A DNA stretch of 64,000 bases from Candidatus Latescibacterota bacterium (GTDB taxonomy: Bacteria; Latescibacterota; UBA2968; GCA-2709665). A program made the position numbers and the translations under genes. Positions 32,369 to 43,022 of this stretch are shown piece after piece (within the stretch, counting starts at the first letter, position 1; every line of letters starts with the position of its first letter). The notes below the pieces were generated by a model that saw nothing but the letters and a program-made list of their open reading frames with translations, was not told the DNA's origin and searched no databases. The stretch covers positions 448,001-512,000 of the forward strand of contig CBDCOX010000002.1 in assembly GCA_965219995.1 (NCBI GenBank), read 5' to 3'.

Positions 32369-35104
32369 TCAATCATTAGCTGGATGTTCGGTACTGACGC
32401 TGGATACGATTTCCCATGTTCTGGCGGGTACGGCATCGTACCCGATACCGCCGCGTTTGGTATAGACGCGGGCCGATCGGTCGTCTGATTCGACGTGAAG
32501 AATGGGAAAGCCCGTGTCATAGGGGCCGCCCCGGACCAGCAGCGTGCCGCCGACCGGACGCCGTTCGGCCAGCGGCCGGTCGATCCGGTACAGGCTGTTG
32601 ACGTTGTCCGTGTTCACGTCCGAAATTGTGCCGCGCAGAACCGGATCCTGAAGTTCGAGCACGTGGTCGTTCAGGCCGGACGTCGTTCCGCCGATAAGAT
32701 ATGCGAACGTCAGTTTTCCCTCGGACGTCAGGGAGAATACGGTAACGCGGCCATTCGATTCGAGGGAACCTTCCGGAAAGTCGAAAACAGCCTTTCGACC
32801 CTCCCGGCAGACCGCCACGAGATCGGTGCCCGATGCGTGCACGACCCGGACACCCACGGCATCGCGGTTCGCGGAATCCACGCGCTCCACCGACGCAATG
32901 AACGGACGGGGACGGGGACTGACGTCGAAGAGGCCAACATATACGCTGTCGGCGGGGGCGCCGGTCCGGCGGCGGATGACGTACGGGACCGTCTCCCCGG
33001 TCAGGACGTTGTCGCGTGAGCCGGTGCCCCGTTCGCCCCACCCCTGACCGACAAGCACCTGCTCCAGGCCATCCGGCATCGCGTAGGCGGTGAACCGCTG
33101 GCCGCCCCGGTCGAAGTGGATGGACCACGGAGTGTCTGCGGGAGCGGCCGCCACGTTCTCCAGATCGTGCCAGGCGGCGTCGGTCGGCTGAAGCTCCAGA
33201 TTCCGTAGTGTGCCTTCCGCCGCCGGACCGTGGAAGAGATAATCGTGAACACGGCCGCCGTTGACGCAGAAACAGTCGAGCAGATAGCTGCCCCCGGCGC
33301 CGTGGTCGATGACGGCGCACAGGCGGCGATAGGTGTCGATATCGTAAGCCCGGGAAGAGACCTCGGCAACCTTTACGGGTCCGCCGCTGTCGAACAGGTG
33401 GAGGCTGCCGCCCCGCCCGTCGCGCTTCTGGTCCTGCTCGTCAACGATCACGGTGTTGTGTGCGATGGATCGAACGGTATTGTACTTGTCGGGCCGGTCC
33501 CAGAGGTATCCGAGGTCGGTCAGGGCTTCGTACCCGTCCTTCCAGTAAACGAGGTTCAGACTGTCCTCGTGGTGGTGCCCACCCCAATCCGAGGCGCTTA
33601 GAAGCGCGGTACTCGCGCGTCCGCGTTCGCCGGTGCGCAGGAGGCCGATGCGCAGGGCGGGAAAGAACCGGTCGGTCAGGACGAGGGGCGCCGACGGGTC
33701 GGCCTTCAGGTCCGGGGCGCGGTGAAAGAGGGCGTACTCGCCGCCGTGATTGTCCAGATCGAATTCGCACAGTTCGGCGAGGAGGGCGACGTGGTTCGCG
33801 CCGCCGTATCGGGCGGCGATGATATCGGCAATTTCGACGGACATCCTGCACGCGGTCACGTCGTCCGCGATGACGCCATAGCCCAGATCGGGCATCGGAC
33901 TGGCGACGTATCCTTCAAGAACGGCCCTGTAACGGCTGTCGCCGTAGATGTCCAGTTCCTGCCGGCGGCCTTCCGGCGAGGCGGAGTCCGCGGGGAAGGA
34001 GTACCCATGCGCCGCATCGGCGAAATGCCGAATGCCGTTGAGGGTCATGAATCCGTATCCGGGCGATTCGGAACTCATGCCGTCTTCAAGAAACCAGTCG
34101 TAGACGAAATGATTGAACCCGTCCAGGCCGAAACGGACCAGATCCGGTTCGTCGAGACAAAGGCCGACAAGGCCCGCGGCAGAGCGGTTGGTGGCGCTCT
34201 TGTTATTGAAATTCGGATCCGCGAGCAGAAGGATCGTACTTTCAAGCAGGAGATCGCGTTCGATCTTTCGACAAACGACCGGGGTGTACACGGGTCGGCC
34301 GTCGGCCTCCGCGCCGCGCGTGAGGTCGTAGGCGACGGTGACGTCCGAGACGAACGTGCCTTCCATGCCCACGCCCGTGGCGCGTCCGGCCATCCAGTAC
34401 CCCACGTGCAGTTTGCCGTCCGGCCGGTTTGGAGGCACCACCAGTTCCGGCCTGGGCAGATCCAGGATATTTTTCGCGGCGATCTCAACCGGCGCGTCCG
34501 AGAACTCGCCGTACCCGGAGTGAACCATATAGCCGGGATAAACCTCGGCGAATCGCAGGAGGATATCCCTGGCGTTCTCGGCGTGTCGGACCTCCTGCGT
34601 CAGGACGTAGGCCAGCGCACACTGACGCGCCATTCGCGCCATATACTCGCATTTGCGGGCGCGGATGTTGGCGGTCCATGACGAGACGAAGGGAAACCCG
34701 ATGAGGTCCCAGTGTCTGCCCGTGTAGTATGTGATTTCCTGACCCCCGCCGAAGTCGGTCCTGAACACGACCTCTTCCGGGAATTCCGAATTGGGATAGA
34801 CGGTCCTGCAGGTCGTGCAGACCAGTTGATCGGGACTCTCCGGTTTCCATTCATAGTGTCCGTGTATCGGGGCCGCTTCGCACACGGGGCACATGGTAAA
34901 CAGTTCGCTGTTTGGCGTTTCCCGGGGAATCCATTGCTTCAGATCGTCTGCCGTCGTGTGGCGTATTGTCGCCACCGCCTCCAGGAGATTTTCCAGAAAC
35001 CGCTGCGCCCACACGCGGCGCTCGATGTTTTCGCGCGCGACTTCCAGATCCTGTGACTTGAAAAGGGTCCTGGGGTGTCGTACTGGATTGGCATGGGTCT
35101 CCAT
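32369..35104 (-). CDS. Large heparinase II/III-like polysaccharide lyase with N-terminal Cys cluster
   Basis: DGMSSESPGY, GHHHEDSLNL, DLGY and AHNTVIVD motifs; CPVC...CTTC; likely start METHAN (the ORF-track extension overlaps the upstream gene). Confidence 0.7.
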   Translation of the reverse strand: METHANPVRHPRTLFKSQDLEVARENIERRVWAQRFLENLLEAVATIRHTTADDLKQWIPRETPNSELFTMCPVCEAAPIHGHYEWKPESPDQLVCTTCRTVYPNSEFPEEVVFRTDFGGGQEITYYTGRHWDLIGFPFVSSWTANIRARKCEYMARMARQCALAYVLTQEVRHAENARDILLRFAEVYPGYMVHSGYGEFSDAPVEIAAKNILDLPRPELVVPPNRPDGKLHVGYWMAGRATGVGMEGTFVSDVTVAYDLTRGAEADGRPVYTPVVCRKIERDLLLESTILLLADPNFNNKSATNRSAAGLVGLCLDEPDLVRFGLDGFNHFVYDWFLEDGMSSESPGYGFMTLNGIRHFADAAHGYSFPADSASPEGRRQELDIYGDSRYRAVLEGYVASPMPDLGYGVIADDVTACRMSVEIADIIAARYGGANHVALLAELCEFDLDNHGGEYALFHRAPDLKADPSAPLVLTDRFFPALRIGLLRTGERGRASTALLSASDWGGHHHEDSLNLVYWKDGYEALTDLGYLWDRPDKYNTVRSIAHNTVIVDEQDQKRDGRGGSLHLFDSGGPVKVAEVSSRAYDIDTYRRLCAVIDHGAGGSYLLDCFCVNGGRVHDYLFHGPAAEGTLRNLELQPTDAAWHDLENVAAAPADTPWSIHFDRGGQRFTAYAMPDGLEQVLVGQGWGERGTGSRDNVLTGETVPYVIRRRTGAPADSVYVGLFDVSPRPRPFIASVERVDSANRDAVGVRVVHASGTDLVAVCREGRKAVFDFPEGSLESNGRVTVFSLTSEGKLTFAYLIGGTTSGLNDHVLELQDPVLRGTISDVNTDNVNSLYRIDRPLAERRPVGGTLLVRGGPYDTGFPILHVESDDRSARVYTKRGGIGYDAVPARTWEIVSSVSTEHPAND

Positions 35105-35217
35105 AGCGCTCTCGCTTCGTGTCTGACTTGGAACTTCCGGGGTACTGCCTCTGATGGGTTGCTGAATCTCGGCAGGCGGGTGAGCCGGGACGCTGCGCAC
35201 CGTCGCCGCCAGGTCTG

Positions 35218-35964
35218 TTATCCACGCGCACGACCCAGGTAATCGGCCGCCCCGGCGGCGATCCAGGGTCCTATATTGGTCAACAGAAAGCGTGCGCCAA
35301 GGCCTATGTACTTCTCCACGTTGTCGTTTCCGGTCAGGGTGCCAGGCGTGCGCCCCGCGTCCCTGATGCGGGCCAGGGTCTCGTCGACCGTGCATTGAAC
35401 GTCGGGATGGTCGTTGTTTCCGATATGGCCCATTGAGGCGGCCAGATCCGACGGAGCGACAAAGAACACGTCAATATGATCCACCACGAGGATGGCGTCC
35501 AGGTTCCGGACCGCGGCGATATCCTCGATGAGCACGACAAGAAGCGTCTCGTCGTTCGCGGCGTGCAGGTAGTCGGGTACGCCATAGCCCTGACGGCTGG
35601 TGAAGAGGCCGCGTTTGCCCGCTGGCGCGAATTTGCCGCCGTAGACGACATTGCGCGCCTCCGCTTCCGTGTTGACGTGGGGTACGACGATGCCCTGCGC
35701 GCCCCGGTCCAGGGTGCGGTATATCAGGGCCTGATCGTTTCGGTTGACCCGGACGATCGAGGACATGCCCCAGATGTCGCAAGCCCTCGTGAGGTTGCCG
35801 AGGTCGGCCGCGTTTACGGGACCGTGTTCTCCTTCCAGCCAGACGCCGTCGAAGCCGGTATGGCCGAAGGCGTCGATGTCGTCGGGATGTGTCAGACCGC
35901 CTGCGACGCAAGCGATTCCGCCGTCGGCGAGTGTTCGTTTGACTCGGTTGGGTCGGATGGTCAA
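35218..35964 (-). CDS. HpcH/HpaI-family class II pyruvate aldolase
   Basis: FDGVWLEGEHGP, LDRGAQGIVVPHV, LIED, FVAPSDL. Confidence 0.88.
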   Translation of the reverse strand: MTIRPNRVKRTLADGGIACVAGGLTHPDDIDAFGHTGFDGVWLEGEHGPVNAADLGNLTRACDIWGMSSIVRVNRNDQALIYRTLDRGAQGIVVPHVNTEAEARNVVYGGKFAPAGKRGLFTSRQGYGVPDYLHAANDETLLVVLIEDIAAVRNLDAILVVDHIDVFFVAPSDLAASMGHIGNNDHPDVQCTVDETLARIRDAGRTPGTLTGNDNVEKYIGLGARFLLTNIGPWIAAGAADYLGRARG

Positions 35965-36040
35965 GAGCGATTCTCCTTATCGTGTGGAACCCACGGCGTG
36001 CGGCGGCTGGAGACCCGAACGGGTCTTGCGCGGGGATTCG

Positions 36041-36805
36041 TTAGAGATCGATACTTACGGGAGCATGGTCCGAAACGCTAAGCCCGGACCGGCGGTGTAC
36101 CGCGGCGGTACGGAAACGTCCGGCGACCGCGGCATTGCCGAGCAGGTAGTCGATTCGCCAGCCCCGATCCAGTTCGCGGGCCCTCCCGCGATTGGACCAC
36201 CAGGAGTAGGGCCCGTGCACGTCTCCGAAATGCTGCCGGACAAAGTCGTTCCAGCCCGCGGCCAGCAGGTCGGTCATCCACTGCCTTTCGTGGGGCAGGA
36301 ATCCCGAGTTTTTTTCGTTCCCTTTGGCATAGAAAATGTCTCTCTCCGTGTGAGCGATATTGAAGTCGCCGCCGAGAATCACGGGCTCGTCCCGCTGCGT
36401 GTATTGCTTTGACCAGGGCAGAAACCTGGCCATCCAGAGGTCTTCCTTGATTTTCTGACGGTCTTCGCTGGATGAGCCGGACGGAAGGTACACGTTGACC
36501 ACCCGGACGCCGTTTACCCGCGCGTGTAGGATGCGTCCTTCCGGATCGGACTCGTGGATCCCCTTGCCGAGGACCTCGATCCGATGGCGGGACCAGATCG
36601 CAACCCCGGAATACCCCTTGCGTTCCGCGGGATGCCAGTGGACATGCCAGCCGGGCGGATTCATCCACCGGCCGGGGAGTTGCTCGGGGAGTGCGCGGAC
36701 TTCCTGAAGCAGGAGCACATCCGGCGCGATTCGTCGGACGTGTCGGGCAAAGCCCTTGCGGAGTGCGGCGCGGAGGCCGTTCACGTTCCAGGTGGTAATT
36801 CGCAT
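36041..36805 (-). CDS. xth: Exodeoxyribonuclease III / AP endonuclease
   Basis: TWNVNGLRA, LQE, GYSGVA, GDFNIAH, YSWW, GWRIDY, SDHAP. Confidence 0.94.
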   Translation of the reverse strand: MRITTWNVNGLRAALRKGFARHVRRIAPDVLLLQEVRALPEQLPGRWMNPPGWHVHWHPAERKGYSGVAIWSRHRIEVLGKGIHESDPEGRILHARVNGVRVVNVYLPSGSSSEDRQKIKEDLWMARFLPWSKQYTQRDEPVILGGDFNIAHTERDIFYAKGNEKNSGFLPHERQWMTDLLAAGWNDFVRQHFGDVHGPYSWWSNRGRARELDRGWRIDYLLGNAAVAGRFRTAAVHRRSGLSVSDHAPVSIDL

Positions 36806-36878
36806 AGGACGGTAGCGGTCCGGATGTACTTTGTCGACGGGCAGGTTGGGTGTGAGGCCGATATCGGCTTGCCGGAGG

Positions 36879-38750
36879 CTAAGCGAGGGATGTGTCAACG
36901 CTCAGCGATTGTTTCCCCCGGGAGATGGTGATTCGGCCGTCTTCGGGTCGTATTGCCACGTCTGCCGTGTCGCAGCCAATGCCGAAGGCAACGGCGAACC
37001 TGGCGCGTCCGGGTTGCAGTTCGGTCTCGATCTTAAGGTATTCGATTTCCAGACTCTCGGCATCCCCGTGCCCGGGTTTCAGATCCCTGTGTCTGCCGGT
37101 GGCGAACAAGGCGTCCGACGGGGCCAGCAGCCGGGCGTTCACAACCGATTCCGCTGTCGCGATCACGGCCGAAGACCCCGAAACCTGTGCCGTCCCGGAA
37201 AAGTGAACCCGGGATTCCATACGAGTCGTGTCCGTTACTTCGATCTCGTCAACGACGACAAAAAGCGCGGGCCGCAGGAAGACGTAATGGCGGACAAAGA
37301 TCGACAGTTTGTCGATGCCGTAAGCCGGGGCGATGGAAGCCCGGAGGTAATCATGCGCGCCGGTGAATTCGACCTTCTCTACGATTCCGACGAGACGTCG
37401 TTCATCGGGTTGACCCTGCCCGTCGAAGAGCGGCAGATTGTGACCGTGGGTCGATTTGAAGATCCATTCGCCGGGGTCCCCGTAGCGCCCGATGCCCAGT
37501 TCGCGCACGACGGTCCTCCGGCCGGCGTGGATAATATAGTTTCCGACGTCGGCGTGGCCGTGGGGCTCGACCGTCGCGCCGATCTTCAACGCCAGGACCG
37601 GGGCGTCGGGATCCTCCCATGACCCTCGCATGACGCACCAGCCGGCATCGGGAAAGTAGGCCGACGGGTGGGGAGGGGCGGGGAGTTCCGGAACGGTCCC
37701 GGACGCGTCCCAGAGAAGCTCCGCCAGTTTGATGGACGGCCGGCGTTCGGTTGTGAGCCGGTCGAAGTACGCCGCGGCGCGGTTGTCATATTCCAGTGCG
37801 AATTTGCGGAAAGCCATGCCATCGGGGAAGTGTTTGCCGCAGTCGGCGAAATTGACCACGCGATCGGGCGGGAGAAAGCAGTTGATAGGAAAGTCGACCG
37901 TACGTTCGAGTTTGGGATGATCGTAGAGATTGATCTGCCCGCGGGTGAGTCGTCTGAGCGCGTCGGAGAGGGGAAAGGACGTACTGATGCCGTAATTCCA
38001 GTATCCCGGACCCTCTTTCCAGGAGCCATCGTTCTGAATGGCGTCGTAGAACTTCGTGACGCGTTCGACGCACTCCCGAACAACGCCGAGCATGGCTTCG
38101 CGAGGCCGGATTCCCGTCCGAAGGTGGACGTGCTTTGCGTCGAGCAGGGCCAGGGCGCACAGACCCATGTTGGAGACGCACACGGAACACCAGTTGCTGT
38201 CGTATCTCGACGCCCAGAAATGGTGTTGCATGCCCCCGATGCAATGGCCCAGTCCGCGCGCGAAGATCATGAATTCGAGCTCACGACGCTGATTTTCGGA
38301 AAGCGCATCGTAGAGCAGGTCGTACGCGGCCGCGAAACTGGTACAGGTATGGCTGCCGTCCAGATCCAGAAGCATGAATTCGTGGACCGGGTGGACCCAC
38401 GAAGGCCAGCTCATGATTGAAGTGAGCCCTTCCCAGGCCTTTTCGAAATAGGCCCGGTCCCGGTCGACCGCATAGGCCAGTACATAATCCTCAAGGAGAT
38501 TCCGGGCCTCGGCGGACAGCCGGCTGTATGATTCCCAGACGCCGTTCCGGTAGCTTTCCTCTCGGGGTGGCGGCGTCGGGAACGGTTGATCCAGTCGGGC
38601 GTCGAGTCGTTTGCGCGTCTGTGTGTAAACCTCCGCGTGGGAGCCGTCCAGGCAGAACTCCCGAATGCGTTCCAGGTCGGAACCGGAGAAATAGAGGTAG
38701 GGATGTACCAGTGTTTCGGGAATGAGGCGGTCGACGTCGGGAACGGTCAT
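36879..38750 (-). CDS. Heparinase II/III-family (DUF4962-like) lyase
   Basis: HPYLYF N-terminus, SNW, DGSWKEGPGYWNYG, NFAD, HGHAD, HNLPLFDG. Confidence 0.8.
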   Translation of the reverse strand: MTVPDVDRLIPETLVHPYLYFSGSDLERIREFCLDGSHAEVYTQTRKRLDARLDQPFPTPPPREESYRNGVWESYSRLSAEARNLLEDYVLAYAVDRDRAYFEKAWEGLTSIMSWPSWVHPVHEFMLLDLDGSHTCTSFAAAYDLLYDALSENQRRELEFMIFARGLGHCIGGMQHHFWASRYDSNWCSVCVSNMGLCALALLDAKHVHLRTGIRPREAMLGVVRECVERVTKFYDAIQNDGSWKEGPGYWNYGISTSFPLSDALRRLTRGQINLYDHPKLERTVDFPINCFLPPDRVVNFADCGKHFPDGMAFRKFALEYDNRAAAYFDRLTTERRPSIKLAELLWDASGTVPELPAPPHPSAYFPDAGWCVMRGSWEDPDAPVLALKIGATVEPHGHADVGNYIIHAGRRTVVRELGIGRYGDPGEWIFKSTHGHNLPLFDGQGQPDERRLVGIVEKVEFTGAHDYLRASIAPAYGIDKLSIFVRHYVFLRPALFVVVDEIEVTDTTRMESRVHFSGTAQVSGSSAVIATAESVVNARLLAPSDALFATGRHRDLKPGHGDAESLEIEYLKIETELQPGRARFAVAFGIGCDTADVAIRPEDGRITISRGKQSLSVDTSLA

Positions 38751-38840
38751 TGAAACTCCTGATTGCCGGGAACCGGGCAGGTGCCTCCGGTCGCCGCCAG
38801 CGCGGGGTCTCGAGGCCCGTTTTTCGTGGATTCGTGCGCT

Positions 38841-38869
38841 AATATAGCGATCGGAGATTTGGGGGTCAA
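38841..38869 (-). promoter_or_regulatory. Sigma70-type promoter of the lyase cluster
   Basis: Minus strand TTGACC-17bp-TATATT. Confidence 0.65.
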
Positions 38870-38897
38870 GCAGATGTAAGAAAGGGGAGGGAGTCCG

Positions 38898-39773
38898 CTA
38901 CGTGCGCTTTCTTGCCAGAAGAACCCGTTCTGTTCCCGTCAGGTCGGGGACAGTCCGTTCATGGCTTAGCACGGACGACTGCGACAGCAATTGCACCACG
39001 TCTGCCGCGGTGCCGTCGGCCACTTCGAGAGCCAGCCAGCCGCCCTGGTACAGGAGCGCTGGCGCCCGCGCGATGATCGAACGGTGGAAGGCCAGCCCGT
39101 CCGGCCCGCCATCCAGTGCGAGCGGCGGATCGAAGCATCGGACTTCGGGCTGAAGGACCCGCAGGTCATGGGAAGCGACGTAAGGGGGGTTTGAGACAAT
39201 CGCGTGGAATACGGCCCGGGTCCGGAACGCGGAAAGGAGGTCTGCACAGACGAATGCGATCCGGCGACTGACGGCATTGCGCCGAGCGTTTCGGACTGCA
39301 AGGCGCAGGGCTTTCGGGGAAACGTCGGCGGCCACGAGGCGGCTTCGCGGGAGCGCATACGCGAGCGCGACGGCGATGGGTCCGGCGCCGGTGCCAATAT
39401 CCAGGATCCGTGTTCCGGCGTCGGCATCCAGGCAGTCGACAAGCGTTTCTACCAGAATTTCGGTTTCGGGACGGGGAATGAGCGCGTCGGGGCCGACGTG
39501 GAACGGCAGCGAGAAGAATTCGGTCTCGCCCAGCAGGTGCTGAAGCGGCACACGCATGCGCCGTCGATGAACAAGGTCTTGAAGGCGCGCATGCTGCGCC
39601 GGCGTGAGCCGGCTCCGCGCATTCGCGTAGATGCCGGATCGGCCGGTGTTCAGAACCGCTGCAAGCAGCCACTCGGCGTCCGCGCGCGCGTCCGGCACAC
39701 CGGCCTCCGCGAGGTTTCGCTCCGCGCCGGCGAGGGCGTCGGAGATGGCAGGCGGAGTGGAACGTTCGGCCAT
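38898..39773 (-). CDS. prmC: Release factor glutamine methyltransferase
   Basis: PLQHLLG, LIPRPETE, LDIGTGAG, SNPPY, ALDGGPDGL; follows prfA. Confidence 0.95.
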   Translation of the reverse strand: MAERSTPPAISDALAGAERNLAEAGVPDARADAEWLLAAVLNTGRSGIYANARSRLTPAQHARLQDLVHRRRMRVPLQHLLGETEFFSLPFHVGPDALIPRPETEILVETLVDCLDADAGTRILDIGTGAGPIAVALAYALPRSRLVAADVSPKALRLAVRNARRNAVSRRIAFVCADLLSAFRTRAVFHAIVSNPPYVASHDLRVLQPEVRCFDPPLALDGGPDGLAFHRSIIARAPALLYQGGWLALEVADGTAADVVQLLSQSSVLSHERTVPDLTGTERVLLARKRT

Positions 39774-39808
39774 GTTCTTCCCGTCGAGGCCCCCTGGACG
39801 GGTCGGCA

Positions 39809-40897
39809 TCAGGCGGAAATGGCGGGTTTCTGCTCGCTGTCGTTGATTTTCTCGGTATGATCGGCCAGGCGCAGGGCGTTGATCAGTTCGTCCAGGTTGC
39901 CCCCGAGCGTCTCTTCGAGCTTGTGCAACGTCAGCTTGATCCGGTGGTCGGTGACCCGCCCCTGGGGGAAATTGTAGGTGCGAATCTTCGCGCTGCGGTC
40001 CCCGGTACCCACCTGAGCCCGCCGGCTTCGCGACGTTGTGTCCCGCTGCTCCTGGACGGCGCGGTCCAGGAGCCGGGCGCGGAGAACTTTTATAGCTTTG
40101 GCCTTGTTCTTGTGCTGGGATTTCTCGTCCTGGCACTGTACGATCAGGCCGGTGGGAAGGTGCGTAATTCGGACGGCCGAATCGGTCGTATTGACGCTCT
40201 GGCCTCCCGGCCCCGAGGAACGGTAGACGTCAACCCGTATCTCTTCCGGGTTGATTGCGATATCCACTTCTTCCGCCTCCGGCAGGACAGCGACCGTGGA
40301 CGTGGACGTGTGGATGCGCCCGCTGGATTCGGTCTCGGGAATTCGCTGAACCCGGTGGACGCCGCTTTCGTACTTCAGATTGCCGTAGACATCGCTTCCA
40401 CCAACCGAGAAGATGACTTCCTTGAACCCGCCGATGCCCGTCGGGTTGGCGCTGAGGAGTTCGGCGCGCCACCCCTTCGACTCGGAGTAGCGGGTATACA
40501 TCCTGTACAGATCGGCGGCAAACAGGGCAGCCTCCTCGCCCCCGGCTCCGGCGCGAATCTCCACGATTGTGTTTTTGCTGTCATTGGGGTCTCTGGGGAC
40601 CAGTAGGAACTGAAGTTTCCCGGCGAGTCTGGCTTCATCCTGCTCGAGTTCGGTACGTTCCTCGCGGGCGATTTCAACCAGCTCGGCGTCGTTCGAATCC
40701 CGGATGATTTCTCCCGCTTCCTCCAGGTTCGCTGCGACTTGCCGATATTCGCGATAGGTGTTGACGATTTCTTCCAGACCGCGAAACGCCATCGTGAGTT
40801 CCCTGAATCTGTCGGGACTGGCCGCAACGTCGGGCCGCGCCATTTCCGCGCGGATCTCTTCGAAACGTTTTTCCACGTCTGACAGTTGACCGAACAT
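39809..40897 (-). CDS. prfA: Peptide chain release factor 1
   Basis: GAGGEEAALF, PET anticodon motif, GGQ, RTYNFPQ. Confidence 0.97.
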   Translation of the reverse strand: MFGQLSDVEKRFEEIRAEMARPDVAASPDRFRELTMAFRGLEEIVNTYREYRQVAANLEEAGEIIRDSNDAELVEIAREERTELEQDEARLAGKLQFLLVPRDPNDSKNTIVEIRAGAGGEEAALFAADLYRMYTRYSESKGWRAELLSANPTGIGGFKEVIFSVGGSDVYGNLKYESGVHRVQRIPETESSGRIHTSTSTVAVLPEAEEVDIAINPEEIRVDVYRSSGPGGQSVNTTDSAVRITHLPTGLIVQCQDEKSQHKNKAKAIKVLRARLLDRAVQEQRDTTSRSRRAQVGTGDRSAKIRTYNFPQGRVTDHRIKLTLHKLEETLGGNLDELINALRLADHTEKINDSEQKPAISA

Positions 40898-41029
40898 GCG
40901 ACTCCCTCATCCGTTTTTCATAAGGCACGGTTACAGCCTTACGGAAGGCAACAAAAAAGGCGAAGCGGTACGCACGGCCACCGGCGGGTGGACGATGCCG
41001 TTTCACCTTATTTCAAGAAAGTTCGATTG

Positions 41030-41287
41030 CTAATCTACGGCAGCTTCCGTCGCTTCAGTCGGCTCCGGATCCTCGCCTGCTTCCGCGTCGTTCAAATTGT
41101 ACCGCCGCCGGTAACGCTCTACCATACCCGCGGTGTCCACGAGTCGCTGCTTGCCCGTGTAAAACGGATGACAGTTGGAGCAGATGTCCACCCGAAGGCC
41201 GGGCACGGTCGCCTGGGTCGTGAGTGTATTGCCGCAGGCGCAGGTGATCGTGGTTTCGACGTAGTCGGGATGAATATTCGGTTTCAC
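41030..41287 (-). CDS. rpmE: 50S ribosomal protein L31, zinc-binding type, with acidic tail
   Basis: GTG start, [24 protein letters not shown]. Confidence 0.93.
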   Translation of the reverse strand: MKPNIHPDYVETTITCACGNTLTTQATVPGLRVDICSNCHPFYTGKQRLVDTAGMVERYRRRYNLNDAEAGEDPEPTEATEAAVD

Positions 41288-41337
41288 CTGGCAAGCATCC
41301 TCAGATTCGGATAAGTCGACAACGAACACAGACGCGG

Positions 41338-41366
41338 AATATAAATAAAAACGAATCCCCACGCAA
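41338..41366 (-). promoter_or_regulatory. Promoter of rpmE
   Basis: Minus strand TTGCGT-17bp-TATATT. Confidence 0.6.
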
Positions 41367-41454
41367 GAATTTAACGTTCGAACGGGGCCGCCAGATCGCG
41401 GAGCTCGTCCGGGGAGGCGAATCGGCCCGGCGGGAAGGCCCCCGACGGGCGGTT

Positions 41455-42762
41455 TTACAACTGCCTGTTCATTGAATCCAGAAAGGCCTCGTTGTTCCTG
41501 GTGCCGGCCATCTTCTCCTTGAGGAACTCCATGGCTTCCAGAGCGGGCATCTGGTTGAGCAGGCGGCGCAGGATCCAGACCCGGTTGAGTTCCTTTTCGT
41601 CCAGCAAAAGCTCCTCTTTCCGGGTCCCGGACAGCGTCACGTCTATGGCGGGATAGATGCGCCGGTTGCTCAGCCGCCGGTCCAGCTTCAGTTCCATGTT
41701 GCCTGTGCCCTTGAATTCTTCGAAAATGACCTCGTCCATGCGACTTCCCGTTTCGACGAGAGCGGTAGACAGGATGGTCAGGCTGCCGCCCTCTTCGATG
41801 TTTCGCGCGGCGCCGAAGAATCGTTTGGGCCACTGCATGGCGCTGGAGTCGAGGCCGCCGGTCAGGATGCGGCCGCTATGGGGCACGACGTTGTTATACG
41901 CACGGGCGAGGCGCGTGATGCTGTCCAGCAGGATCACGACGTCCTGCTGATGTTCCACCAGGCGCTTGGCCTTTTCGATCACCATGTCCGCGACCTGGAC
42001 GTGCCGTGTCGGCGGTTCGTCGAACGTGGAACTGATGACCTCGCCATTGACGGACCTCAACATGTCCGTGACTTCCTCCGGACGCTCGTCTATAAGGAGC
42101 ACGATGAGGTTGACTTCGGGGTGATTCTGGGTGATGGCGTTGGCTATTTTCTGAAGCAACATGGTCTTGCCGGTAAAGGGAGGGGCGACGATCATGCCGC
42201 GCTGCCCCTTGCCGATGGGGGTGAGCAGGTTCATAATACGCGTTGAGAAGTCGTTGGAATCGTATTCCAGCTTCATGCGCTGCCGCGGATGCAGCGGCGT
42301 GAGGTTGTCGAAAAGAGTCTTCTGCTTGGCCTGTTCCGGATCTTCGAAGTTTACGGCCTCAACGCGAATGAGCGCAAAATACTTCTCGTCGTTCTTCGGC
42401 GGGCGGATCTGTCCCGATATCGTGTCACCCGTGCGAAGATTGAAACGTTTGATCTGCGAATGTGAAACGTAGATGTCGTCGGGCCCGGGGAGATAGTTAT
42501 AATTGGGCGACCGGAGGAATCCGAAGCCGTCCTCCAGGATTTCGAGGACGCCTTTGGCGAGTATCAGCCCGTTCTTCGCGGTCTGTGCCTGGATAATCGC
42601 GAAAATCAATTCCTGTTTCCGCAGGCTTCCGTAGCTCTGGATTTCAAGGCTCTGGGCCAACCTCGCGAGTTCGGAAATGGTCATGTTCTGGAGTTCCAGT
42701 ACTTCCACGCCATTTGCCCGGGGAGGCGTTTTTCGAATTTCCCTGGTTGTTTCGGTTGCCAT
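41455..42762 (-). CDS. rho: Transcription termination factor Rho
   Basis: [48 protein letters not shown]; start MATET chosen. Confidence 0.97.
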   Translation of the reverse strand: MATETTREIRKTPPRANGVEVLELQNMTISELARLAQSLEIQSYGSLRKQELIFAIIQAQTAKNGLILAKGVLEILEDGFGFLRSPNYNYLPGPDDIYVSHSQIKRFNLRTGDTISGQIRPPKNDEKYFALIRVEAVNFEDPEQAKQKTLFDNLTPLHPRQRMKLEYDSNDFSTRIMNLLTPIGKGQRGMIVAPPFTGKTMLLQKIANAITQNHPEVNLIVLLIDERPEEVTDMLRSVNGEVISSTFDEPPTRHVQVADMVIEKAKRLVEHQQDVVILLDSITRLARAYNNVVPHSGRILTGGLDSSAMQWPKRFFGAARNIEEGGSLTILSTALVETGSRMDEVIFEEFKGTGNMELKLDRRLSNRRIYPAIDVTLSGTRKEELLLDEKELNRVWILRRLLNQMPALEAMEFLKEKMAGTRNNEAFLDSMNRQL

Positions 42763-42993
42763 TGGCGGATCCAATTTGCTGGAGTTGCGGAATAGTTGAT
42801 GCGGGCGGTCAATCCTTCGGGGATTCCGGCCGGATTCGGCCCGCCGGGGAGAGCGGCGGATATGTGGATCGGATTTGTGTGACAATAAGGAGGCGGATCG
42901 AGGAAGACCGGGTAACCAGGGATGCCTGAAGCGAGGAGCCGTCTGGTTGTATGCGGTGAAAAAGTGGGAAGGAAGTTGAAGAATACCACCGAA

Positions 42994-43022
42994 AAAGTAA
43001 ACCAAGACGTGAGCATTGTCAA
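42994..43022 (-). promoter_or_regulatory. Promoter of rho
   Basis: Minus strand TTGACA-17bp-TACTTT with an AT-rich upstream region. Confidence 0.65.

Noticed and set aside
35105-35395. N-terminal extensions in the ORF track (lyase to 35395, prmC to 40136, rpmE to 41833, response regulator from 44310)
   Set aside because: They overlap neighbouring genes in other frames; homology motifs begin at downstream starts
39809-40897. Programmed frameshift in the release factor gene
   Set aside because: The gene is RF1 (PET motif) with a continuous frame; the frameshift is a prfB feature
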